From Phycisphaerae bacterium (lineage in GTDB: Bacteria > Planctomycetota > Phycisphaerae > UBA1845 > Fen-1342), in NCBI GenBank assembly GCA_963675745.2, contig CAXXWX010000015.1:384001-448000 (forward strand): a stretch of DNA of 64,000 nucleotides, written 5' to 3'. Made by a program: the position numbers and the translations under genes. The notes beneath the pieces are model-generated. The model saw only the letters and a list, made by a program, of their open reading frames with translations, did no database searches and was not told the DNA's origin. Shown here piece by piece: positions 38,801 to 46,574 of this stretch (positions within the stretch are counted from its first letter, which is position 1; each line of letters starts with the position of its first letter).

Positions 38801-40512
38801 AGAGCGTGCGCCGCCTGATGGAACATCAGCGGCAACGGCACGCATACTACGAACAGTCCTGGAACATCCACGTCGATGACGCCACGCGCGCCTGGGTCAG
38901 GAAGCTCAAGACCGGCGCGCACACGATTCGCAAGCTTGACGAGTCGCCCGCAAACGGTGCCGCCGACGCCAAGTCGCTGGTGCTGATCCGGGCTGACACG
39001 TTAGCGCGACTTGATGAATACACGCTACCGGAAAAGTGCTGCGTGGCCGTGTGGTTTGACCAGGAAGACGTCACCGCGCCGTATCGCCTGAACTCGGACA
39101 TCATCAGCCGCGCGGATGTCTGCTTCTGTGACGACGCGCGCACGCTTGCGCGTCTGGCCCTGTTCACGCGCCGGGCATACCACACGGCGCCGGGGCAGAC
39201 GTTGTTTGATCTGGCGCTCGCGTTTGCGAATAACAACGTGTTTTTCGACGATACGACCGCGACCGAGGTTCGCGCTCGCCACCTGCCACTGGCGTTTCAA
39301 CCGCAGGACAGACGTCTGCGCGTGTTGCTGCAAGCCGACAATTTCATGCAGGGCGGATTCGAGCAGGTCGTGCTGGACGTGGCCGCCGTGCTTGACCCGC
39401 AGCGCTTCGATGTGTCGATTCTGGTGGTCGGCAGCGAGGGCCCCGCGGCGATCAAGGCCCAGGGAATGGGGTTGAAGGTGTTGCGTCTGCCGCCCGGCGA
39501 TCGCGCCGAGGGCTATCGGCACCTGCTGACGCACGAACGGATCGATGTGGTTAATCCGCATTACTCCGTGTTCGGGGCGGCGGTGGCTTGCGACCTGGGG
39601 ATTCCATTCATCCAGACCATCCACAGCACATACGTCTGGTTGACCGATCAGCAGATCCGCGAACACCGCGCCGCCGATCCGTTCACTACAGCCTACCTGT
39701 GTGTATCAAGCGCGGCGGCGTCTTATGCCGACCTGCGCTATGGCTTCTCTCCGGCCAAAATGCTGATCGTGCCCAACGGCATTGACGCGGAGGCGCTGGA
39801 TCGGGTCCGCCAGACGCTCGACCGCGCGCGAGAGCGCCGGCAGCTCGGCTTCACGGACGAGCACTTTGTGTTTCTAGAGGTGGCTTCGATCTACCCGCCC
39901 AAGGGGCAGCTACTGTTGGTTCAAGCGCTGGCGCGGGCACTGGAGCACAACCCCAACATCCGCGTTGCGCTGCTGGGCCGGCCGATGGACGAGCGCTATA
40001 CACACCGGGTTCGCGAGGAGGCCCGCAAGCTCGGCGTCGAGCACGCGCTCAAGCTGCTCGGCTATCACGAAGGCGCTCAGAAGTACTACTGCCTCAGTGA
40101 CGCATTCGTGTTGCCGTCATTCTGCGAGGGTTGGAGTCTGGCACTGGCCGAGGCGCTCTACGCCGGCTTGCCGGTCATCAGCACCGATGTTGGCAGCGCC
40201 GGCGATTTGCTGAAGATCACCGGCGGACGCCTGATCGCTCCGCCGTTTGAGTCGATTGTCGAGTTGGACCAGAACCGGCTTTACCGCCTGGTCGACGGAG
40301 AGCACCCCAAGCTGGTCAGCGATCTGACCGACGCGCTGACCACCGTCGCCGACAACCCCGAGCCGCCGTACCTCACGGATCAGCGTCGCCGCGGCCTCGA
40401 TCGCCGCACGGCCTACGAAGCCTACGCGAGAATCTTCCAATGGGCGGCCCTCGGCGGCGCCCCGACCGCCGCCCGCCCGTGGATTCGCGAACTGCACGAC
40501 ATGCGGAAGTGA
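35872..40512 (+). CDS. Multidomain glycan biosynthesis protein: two methyltransferase-like domains, coiled coil, GT2 and GT4
   Basis: HVGCALGDG and VLEAGCGGG SAM motifs; E/L/R/Q-rich helix at about 37320-37830; VSVVLPVYN...SADN...EDYDYW (GT2); VPNGID...LPSFCEGWSLALAEA (GT4). Confidence 0.85.
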   Translation: MSASVTETPAWWDRFYQEQYSSQDGPGRARRRMQQVLASLSAVERSYLASSQPRVAHVGCALGDGVDVLARAFPDARVIGTDCSPVAIAEAKRRFARREFHVAVEGELPGRFDVIVNTDRLRDDAASIATLQRQLAQCGQLYIACVPCDGQPDSGDGNGGDTCRALPEQLGGFQRIECKPIGADEPGDRPPQRMLIYAAEAYTRARPRRDDRLAEQEKWDTLYKEMPLADESKYIQEFNSEFAAMIRELLPDGGRVLEAGCGGGWQSLAVARQGKYDAHLMDFADEALSYSRRLFERAGVSASFHYGDINDAGTPEYDLVFNAGVLEHYPFDDQVRLLKGMASRSRKYVLVLVPNRLCYWYWLWRIQVQGHDQWPFGKEAPLADLSAVFEAAGLRFVGQLFTAESWTEAFIEQATGSAGDLQHKILEIHRSPVIPAASKGYLLAALGSVVPVSPQPARWQRFAWKEHTTESELYAAVGDALALRAATEQQLRRARDELAERDHEIQELTEQIARSDEQAAGFDAKLKELYEALDRKSAAAGQPVHDTERARVLDSPHEAELLAKIETLKVVIQRRDSAIAELRTQLRGQGKTATALRDEVDNRTRKHIELRSRLDKAEKRINELRSWTETLNVRFSEKAMEHQELEARLRAMTDTGGWKLVQLVYRVRYMLAPRGTWRDRLVKTAMYAQRRLRFHGRRGPVALARAIGGATRRGFRRATGAEQAGPLHAGLELARLDADAEPAIELPGLVSVVLPVYNQADMLSESIESALAQTYENFELIVVNDGATDGVERVLANYVGHPKVRLLTQQNQGLPKSLSNGFDFARGEFWTWTSADNLMEPEQLARHVEFLQANPTAAMVHSDYLAIDDRGQPLRDPNFRPHNRRTPDSPEIRLPRTTDGLSTRDDNFIGACFMYRAWVGRLIGEYTPNMGVEDYDYWMRVNELFTIRHLGTDDILYRYRVHDNTLCARAVEHGIPESVRRLMEHQRQRHAYYEQSWNIHVDDATRAWVRKLKTGAHTIRKLDESPANGAADAKSLVLIRADTLARLDEYTLPEKCCVAVWFDQEDVTAPYRLNSDIISRADVCFCDDARTLARLALFTRRAYHTAPGQTLFDLALAFANNNVFFDDTTATEVRARHLPLAFQPQDRRLRVLLQADNFMQGGFEQVVLDVAAVLDPQRFDVSILVVGSEGPAAIKAQGMGLKVLRLPPGDRAEGYRHLLTHERIDVVNPHYSVFGAAVACDLGIPFIQTIHSTYVWLTDQQIREHRAADPFTTAYLCVSSAAASYADLRYGFSPAKMLIVPNGIDAEALDRVRQTLDRARERRQLGFTDEHFVFLEVASIYPPKGQLLLVQALARALEHNPNIRVALLGRPMDERYTHRVREEARKLGVEHALKLLGYHEGAQKYYCLSDAFVLPSFCEGWSLALAEALYAGLPVISTDVGSAGDLLKITGGRLIAPPFESIVELDQNRLYRLVDGEHPKLVSDLTDALTTVADNPEPPYLTDQRRRGLDRRTAYEAYARIFQWAALGGAPTAARPWIRELHDMRK

Positions 40513-40522
40513 GAATAGTCGT

Positions 40523-40600
40523 CAGTTTGCAGTTGTCAGTTTGCAGTTGGCAGTAAGCAGTCCCGATCGCGAGTTTCTGACTTCTTACTTCTGACTTCTA
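40523..40600. repeat. Heptamer tandem repeats between convergent genes
   Basis: cagtttg cagttgt cagtttg cagttgg cagtaag, then tttctga cttctta ctttctga cttctaa. Confidence 0.75.
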
Positions 40601-42496
40601 ACTTCCCTTCGGATATCCCACCTCCGCCAATGAGTCCTTGATCTCTCCCAGCGTGGTCGGGTCGTCGATCGTGGCCGGGGCGCGGTATTCAGTGCCGTCG
40701 GCGATTCTCTTCATCGTGCCGCGCAGCACTTTGCCCGAGCGCGTCTTGGGGAGTCGCTTGACCACGGTTACCAGCTTGAAGGCGGCGACGGGGCCGATCT
40801 TGTCGCGCACCATCTGCACCAGCTCTTTCGTTATCTCGGCGTGCGGGCGCTCGACTCCCGACTTGAGCACCACGAACCCGAGCGGCACTTCGCCCTTCAG
40901 CTTGTCCGCCGCCCCGACCACGGCGCACTCGGCGACATCCGGGTGGGCCGCCAGCACCTCTTCCATGCCGCCGGTGGAGAGGCGGTGGCCGGCGACGTTT
41001 ATGATGTCGTCGGTGCGCCCCATGATGTAGAGATAGCCGTCCTCGTCGCGATAGCCCGCGTCAGCCGTCAGATAGCAGCCCTCAAACGCGCTCAGATATG
41101 AGCTGACGTAACCGTCGTCATTCTGCCAGAGTGTTGGCAGACATCCCGGGGGCAGCGGCAGCTTGATGACGATGCTGCCGTTTTCACCGTCCGGCACCTG
41201 CTTGCCGTTTTCATTGACGATCCGCACGTCATAGCCGGGTACGGCCCGCGTCGGCGAGCCCGGTTTGACCGGCGCCGGATCGAGCCCCATGCAGTTCGCC
41301 GCGATGGCCCACGCCGTCTCAGTCTGCCACCAGTGGTCGATCACCGGAACGCCCAGCTTCTGCTGGGCCCAGGCGAGCGTGTCGGGGTCGCAGCGTTCGC
41401 CGGCCAGGAACAGCGTGCGGAAGCCGCTCATGTCGTGCTTGCCGATGTAACTGCCCTCGGGGTCGTCGCGTTTGATGGCCCGGAAGGCCGTCGGCGCGGT
41501 GAACAGCACGCCGACGTTGTGCTGCGAGATGACGCGCCAGAATGCGCCGGGATCGGGCGTGCCCACCGGCTTGCCCTCAAAGATGATCGTCGTGCAGCCG
41601 TAGAGCAGCGGCGCGTAGATGATGTACGAATGCCCGACCACCCAGCCGATGTCCGACGCGGCCCAGTAAACCTCGCCCGGCTCGACGTTGTAGATGTTCT
41701 TCATGCTCCAGACCATGGCGACCGCATGGCCGCCGTTGTCGCGCACCACACCCTTCGGCACGCCGGTGGTTCCCGACGTGTAGAGGATGTAGAGCGGGTC
41801 GGTCGCTTCGAGTGGCACGCAGTCAGCGGGCTCGGCGTCGGCCACGGCGGCGTTCCAATCGACGTCGCGCTCGGTCATCGTCGCCTGGGCCTGCGGGCGC
41901 TGCAGGATGATGCACTTCTCGGGCTTGGCCGTGGACAGGCGTATGGCTTCGTCGAGCAGGGGCTTGTATTCGATGACCTTCTTGCCCTCGATGCCGCACG
42001 AGGCCGACACGATCAGCTTGGGCTTGGCGTCGTCGATGCGCGTGGCGAGCTCCTTGGCGGCGAACCCGCCAAAGACCACCGAGTGAACCGCGCCGAGCCG
42101 CGCGCAGGCGTACATTGCCACCAATGACTCGGGGATCATCGGCATGTAGATCACGACGCGATCGCCCTTGGTCACGCCTTGTTGCCGCAAGGCGCCGGCG
42201 AAGCAGGCCACCTGGTCACGCAGCTCGCGATAGGTGATGGTCTTGACGGTGTCGGTGACCGGGCTGTCGTAGATGACCGCCGCCTGATCGCCGCGCCCGC
42301 GTTCGACATGCCGATCGATCGCGTTGTAGCAGGTGTTTAGCTGGCCGCCAACGAACCAGCGGTAGAAGGGCTTGTTCGAGCTGTCGAGCACGCGGTCCCA
42401 ACGTTTGTACCAGTCAATGCCCTCGGCGGCTTCGGCCCAGAACTCCTCGGGCGTCTCCAGCGATCGGCGGTAGGCCTCTTCATACGCGCTCGGCAT
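40598..42496 (-). CDS. prpE: Propionyl-CoA synthetase (acetate/propionate-CoA ligase family)
   Basis: YILYTSGTTGVPKGVVRDNGG, ASDIGWVVGHSYI, DHWWQTET, LPKTRSGK. Confidence 0.88.
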   Translation of the reverse strand: MPSAYEEAYRRSLETPEEFWAEAAEGIDWYKRWDRVLDSSNKPFYRWFVGGQLNTCYNAIDRHVERGRGDQAAVIYDSPVTDTVKTITYRELRDQVACFAGALRQQGVTKGDRVVIYMPMIPESLVAMYACARLGAVHSVVFGGFAAKELATRIDDAKPKLIVSASCGIEGKKVIEYKPLLDEAIRLSTAKPEKCIILQRPQAQATMTERDVDWNAAVADAEPADCVPLEATDPLYILYTSGTTGVPKGVVRDNGGHAVAMVWSMKNIYNVEPGEVYWAASDIGWVVGHSYIIYAPLLYGCTTIIFEGKPVGTPDPGAFWRVISQHNVGVLFTAPTAFRAIKRDDPEGSYIGKHDMSGFRTLFLAGERCDPDTLAWAQQKLGVPVIDHWWQTETAWAIAANCMGLDPAPVKPGSPTRAVPGYDVRIVNENGKQVPDGENGSIVIKLPLPPGCLPTLWQNDDGYVSSYLSAFEGCYLTADAGYRDEDGYLYIMGRTDDIINVAGHRLSTGGMEEVLAAHPDVAECAVVGAADKLKGEVPLGFVVLKSGVERPHAEITKELVQMVRDKIGPVAAFKLVTVVKRLPKTRSGKVLRGTMKRIADGTEYRAPATIDDPTTLGEIKDSLAEVGYPKGS

Positions 42497-42795
42497 AACC
42501 CTTGCTCCTTTTCGATCGATCCACCCCGTCAGCGGTTGGGCTCGGCGTCACCTGACTGCCGCAAACAACCACGCCGGCGGAAGCCGCATTGTAGCACCGA
42601 CCCTCCATTCCATCACGGCGGCCGGGTGCCGACAAGTGTCGCAGATGACGCTCCCGGTGCGCCACTGCTCTTGAGCAGTGCGAATGCCGATGCGGCGACG
42701 TGTCCCGCACTGCTCGAAAGCAGTGGCACACCGGCCGTTCCGCCGCGCAGCAGAATCGCAGATCGTCGGCGCGACGCGGCGCCATCGGCACTCGG

Positions 42796-43011
42796 CGGCC
42801 GGCGAGGCGCCGGCCGTTACACCGAGGCCCGCACACACGGCACTGTAGATGGGGATGCAAGCTCCTTGGTCTCCCGAGTACAACTCGGGTGGGTAAATCG
42901 AGTTTCCTGACCAAGCGGCCGGCGCCTCGCAGGCCGTGGACTGCCGATGAATCCCCGTCGACGAACAATCCCACACGCCACCCGCCGTAGCGGCCTGCGC
43001 CTCGCAGGCCG
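42796..43011. repeat. Cluster of about 25-bp GTA(G/A)-footed REP palindromes
   Basis: Copies at 42796..42820 (minus), 42913..42936 (degenerate foot) and 42987..43011; consensus GTARCGGCC(G/T)GCGCCTCGC(C/A)GGCCG. Confidence 0.8.
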
Positions 43012-43116
43012 TCGAGCGCCGGTGCCCCTGCATACGCGTGATGGCTCAGGATTGCACTGCTCGAGAGCATTGGCACACGTGCTGGCCACCTCCTGACGCG
43101 CACACCGCCGCCGCAC

Positions 43117-43340
43117 TAGGTCGGCTTCAGCCGACCTGTTCTTGCCACCAACTTCAGTTGGTGGATGAGGCACTGCCCCGATTCCCGTCCACTGGTAGCC
43201 GGCTTCAGCCGGGCTTTCGGCGCTGCGATGCAGGAAAGGAAGCCGGCTGAAGCCCGGCTTGCGAGGTGATAGAGATAACAACGGCTGCCGCGCACCACCA
43301 GTTAAAACTGGTGGCACTCACCGGTCGGCTGAAGCCGACC
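43117..43340. repeat. Composite palindromic REPIN-like element
   Basis: ggtcggcttcagccgacc / gccaccaacttcagttggtgg / agccggcttcagccgg mirrored by agccggctgaagcccggct / ccaccagttaaaactggtggc / ggtcggctgaagccgacc. Confidence 0.8.
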
Positions 43341-43396
43341 CGGACTTGTACCTGCCAATCCGCATCGTCGGCGCCGCGCGATGATGGTACGATTGT

Positions 43397-44908
43397 GTGG
43401 AATCTCGCGGGGTATCCGGCGTGGACGACTCAACCGACAACCCGACCGCCGAACCGACGACGCCGGCGTGCCCGGTGCCGCCGCCCGGTACGGCGTGGGA
43501 GACCGAACTCCCGCGACGCTTCGTCTGGCTCAAACGCATCGCGGTCGGCGCCGGCGTCGTGCTGGTGCTGCTGGTCGGCCTGCGTCTCTGGTGGGGCTAC
43601 GCCGCCAAACACGCCCTGGATCGCAAGATCGCCGAGCTGCGCGCGGCGGGGTATGGCGTGTACCCGGAAGACATGCCGAAAGATGACAAGTTGCGCAGCG
43701 AGGAAGCGGCCGAATTGTGGGACCAGGCGGCTTGGGCGGCGGCGCAGGTGTTCGATCCCAACGGCCTGGGTCCCGGCGACCTGCTTGCCGACCGGAACCT
43801 GATCACGTTGCGACGCGACGATGTAGATGCTCTGATCGCCGGCTACACCCCGGCGTTTGACTTGCTACGCAAAGCGCGCGAGATGCCGCCGGGAGAGTGG
43901 AATATTCCATGGGGCATCTCGGCTGTGCTGCCAGCCGGGCTTGCAGGTTACCGCGCATTAGCAAAGGCAATCTGTGATGTTGCCGTGTACGACGCGTTTA
44001 CGGGCGACTTTGCGAGGGGCGTTGCGCACCTGCGGGATGCACTGGCAATCGGCTGTGCGCTCCGGCATCAACGTGGGTTTCTGATCAACATGTTGGTGTC
44101 AATCGCGGTGGACTCACTCGCCGCTGGCCGTGTTGAACAGATTCTGATGCACGCTGCGTCAATACCGAACGCCGGGGCGGAGCGGCCCGCCGCGATTCGC
44201 ACGGAGGCAGCAATCCTCATCGATGTGCTGATCGATGAAACGGAAATGGCGTCATCCTGGATCGCGGCGTGGCATCGCGAGCGCCACGTTGTCGTGGATG
44301 AACTACAGCAACTTCTGGACGCCAAGGCCCTGCCGCAGACGCTAATCCGCTTCCCTCGCCCAATGCCAAGACCGAGGGACCATGCCCTGGCGGCACTGCT
44401 GTCACCAGCGTGGCGTGTGGATGCGATCGGGGCCCTTGAAGAGTGCGTCGCGATGGAGCGGGCGAGTCTCGCATCAACCTACTCGGCGGGCAACGAGCAA
44501 TCGCAGTGGGTCTACGCGTACCCGAGAACTACACTCCCTGCTGCCGTGCGGTTTTGGCACGGCGACCTGCTGGATCGTGTCGTGCTCCTCAAATTCCGAG
44601 CAACTGCCCAGCGCCGTCTCGCGGCCACGGCGCTGGCGATCTACCTCTACAAACTTGACACCGGTGAGCGCCCGGCGACGTTGACAGAGCTGGTACCGAC
44701 GTATCTCCCAACGCTGCCAACCGACCCGTTCTCGCCTGACGGCGCCACATTTCGATATCGCCCGCACGGCGAGCGCGGCCTGATCTACAGCCTCGGCCCG
44801 AACGGCGTGGACGATGGCGGCGTGAACAGCGAAGAGCCGGACGGCGGCGATCTCCTGTTCCACCTCGACCCGCCTCCGCCCGGCGACGATGACGCCGCCG
44901 ACAGGTAG
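43397..44908 (+). CDS. Membrane-anchored helical hypothetical protein with GspG-like C-terminal motif
   Basis: Single N-terminal TM; C-terminal AIYLYKLDTGERPATLTELVP.YL..LPTDPF...YSLGPNGVDDGG. Confidence 0.7.
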   Translation: MESRGVSGVDDSTDNPTAEPTTPACPVPPPGTAWETELPRRFVWLKRIAVGAGVVLVLLVGLRLWWGYAAKHALDRKIAELRAAGYGVYPEDMPKDDKLRSEEAAELWDQAAWAAAQVFDPNGLGPGDLLADRNLITLRRDDVDALIAGYTPAFDLLRKAREMPPGEWNIPWGISAVLPAGLAGYRALAKAICDVAVYDAFTGDFARGVAHLRDALAIGCALRHQRGFLINMLVSIAVDSLAAGRVEQILMHAASIPNAGAERPAAIRTEAAILIDVLIDETEMASSWIAAWHRERHVVVDELQQLLDAKALPQTLIRFPRPMPRPRDHALAALLSPAWRVDAIGALEECVAMERASLASTYSAGNEQSQWVYAYPRTTLPAAVRFWHGDLLDRVVLLKFRATAQRRLAATALAIYLYKLDTGERPATLTELVPTYLPTLPTDPFSPDGATFRYRPHGERGLIYSLGPNGVDDGGVNSEEPDGGDLLFHLDPPPPGDDDAADR

Positions 44909-44925
44909 CAGCAATCCCCAAACAT

Positions 44926-45251
44926 GTGGCACTGGTTTTGCGCTACGCTTCGCCTGCGGCGTGTAACCAGTGGTCAGTGGATCTCTCACCGGCTGGAAAC
45001 CGGTGCCACATGGGTATCGGGGTGGATTCCGGCAAGCGTGTCGCCCCAACGGGGCGAGGGCGCCTGGCCACGGGTGGAGCGCAGCGCAACCCGTGGATCG
45101 AAGGGGGGCTTACCATCGTTCCGCCCCGAAGGGGCGAGGGCGCCTGGCGCATGCGTCCTTCCCCCGCCCCTGCCGGGGCGGTGTGGTAGTCGCGTCCACG
45201 GGTTGCGCTGCGCTCCACCCGTGGCTACGCTCCCGCGCCCCTGCCGGGGCG
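44926..45251. repeat. Two adjacent palindromic REPIN-like elements
   Basis: gtggcactggtt...aaccggtgccac (44926..45009), then cgcccc..ggggcg / gccacgggtggagcgcagcgcaacccgtgga and their inverted copies (45042..45251). Confidence 0.8.
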
Positions 45252-45318
45252 AGGCGCGACACGCCGCCGTAATCCCAAAGACAGCGACGCACCCACGGCG
45301 CTCCGCCTCTACCGGCCT

Positions 45319-46147
45319 TCACGGCCAGTTGTTGATGATGATCGCGATGTAGATGACGATGACTGGGACGACGAGTGGGAGGACGCCTCCGAGTAGCCAG
45401 AGCAGCGGAATGCCGATCGCCGCTTTGAGCGTGGCGATCCGGCTCCGCAGCGTGGCGCGGGCACAGCGCACGAGGCTGAGCCACCACATCCCCAGCAGCA
45501 GGAGGGCGAGAAGAATGGCGACAAGGTAAACCACCGGCATATCATCCGGCTGAGTTAAGTACTGCGCCAGGAGTCCGAAGATCAACCCGACGCATGGAAA
45601 CAGCGCCAGCGCCCCATTGCAGTAATAGCTCAGCGTCGCCGCGCGCACGCGCTGCGGGCGCGACATGCCGCGGCGCCAGAACAGCCAGCTTGGCAGGCCG
45701 GTCGCGGCGATAATCCACAATACGCCCGCGGCCGCCAGCGACACGCCGGCTACGAGCGTTGTACTCGCCGAAGAAGTCGACGAAGCGCTCGCCCCACTCC
45801 TCGTACCACAGCAGCGGCAGCGCGACCGCCAACGTGACAATCAGGTGCGACGCCGAGATCCAGCGGAAGAGCTGCGCGTCGCGGTAATTCACCGGCCGGT
45901 ACATCTCGCGCGCCAGCAGACCCGTGCGGCAGACGACGAGCGCCACCGTTTCCCAGTATGTCCGCGTCCAGCCGCGCTCGCTGTGGTGACACCACGGAAC
46001 GCCGGACGCCGTCTCGCGGGCATAGTCGAGCGCGTCGCCGCACTCGGGGCAGTTATTGCCGGTCAGGCCGCGCAGGTCATAGCCGCATTTGCAGCAGATG
46101 ACGCCGACCGGCAGCGGCGGTAGCTCTGGTGCGGGCGAAGTGCTCAT
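45319..46147 (-). CDS. Zn-ribbon membrane protein with one frameshift near 45760 (pseudogene or sequence error)
   Basis: CCKCGYDLRGL...CPECG N-terminus in ORF 45542..46162 continues as TM segments in ORF 45319..45840; deleting one T at 45759-45760 joins them. Confidence 0.7.
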
Positions 46148-46216
46148 GGCAGCCGGCAGCATAGCGGCGGTGGCGACAATGGCTCAACACCGGCGGCAGT
46201 TTGCGGGGTGGTTTTT

Positions 46217-46525
46217 AGAGGTCAGAGGTTAGAGGTTAGAGGTCAGATTTCAGATTTCAGATTTCAGGAACGGCAACAGCAGGCAGGGAACTGGGAACGG
46301 GGAACGGGGAATGGTCGGCCGCTTTCCATCTCGTTGCCTAGCTGCCTAGTTGCCTGGTTGCCGGCTGTTGCCTTGTTGCCTTGTTGCCTACCGTTACCTG
46401 TTGTTGCCTCGTTGCCTCGCTGCCTCGCTGCCTGGTTGCCTGCCGCTCCCCCTCCCGACCTCCGAAAACCCAAAGCCAACCGCTTTCTTGCTTCTGACTT
46501 CTTACTTCTTACTTCTTACTTCCTT
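46217..46525. repeat. Mosaic of 7- and 8-bp tandem repeats
   Basis: (agaggtY)4, (agatttc)3, (gggaaYK)4, about 12 (NGYTGCCT)-like octamers, (cttctKa)4. Confidence 0.85.
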
Positions 46526-46574
46526 ACAATCCTGCAACACAGTTTTCATTCCCCTAGTCAACAGGAGCGGGGCG

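Noticed and set aside
42500..43390. Possible CRISPR array or small ORFs in the repeat-rich intergenic region
   Set aside because: Repeats are irregularly spaced and in both orientations, there are no cas genes, and the ORFs are translations of REP elements
46208..46574. ORFs with repetitive LPCCL/LLTSYF peptides
   Set aside because: Translations of 7-8 bp tandem repeats; the supported start is ATG 46575 with an AGGAG RBS and signal peptide
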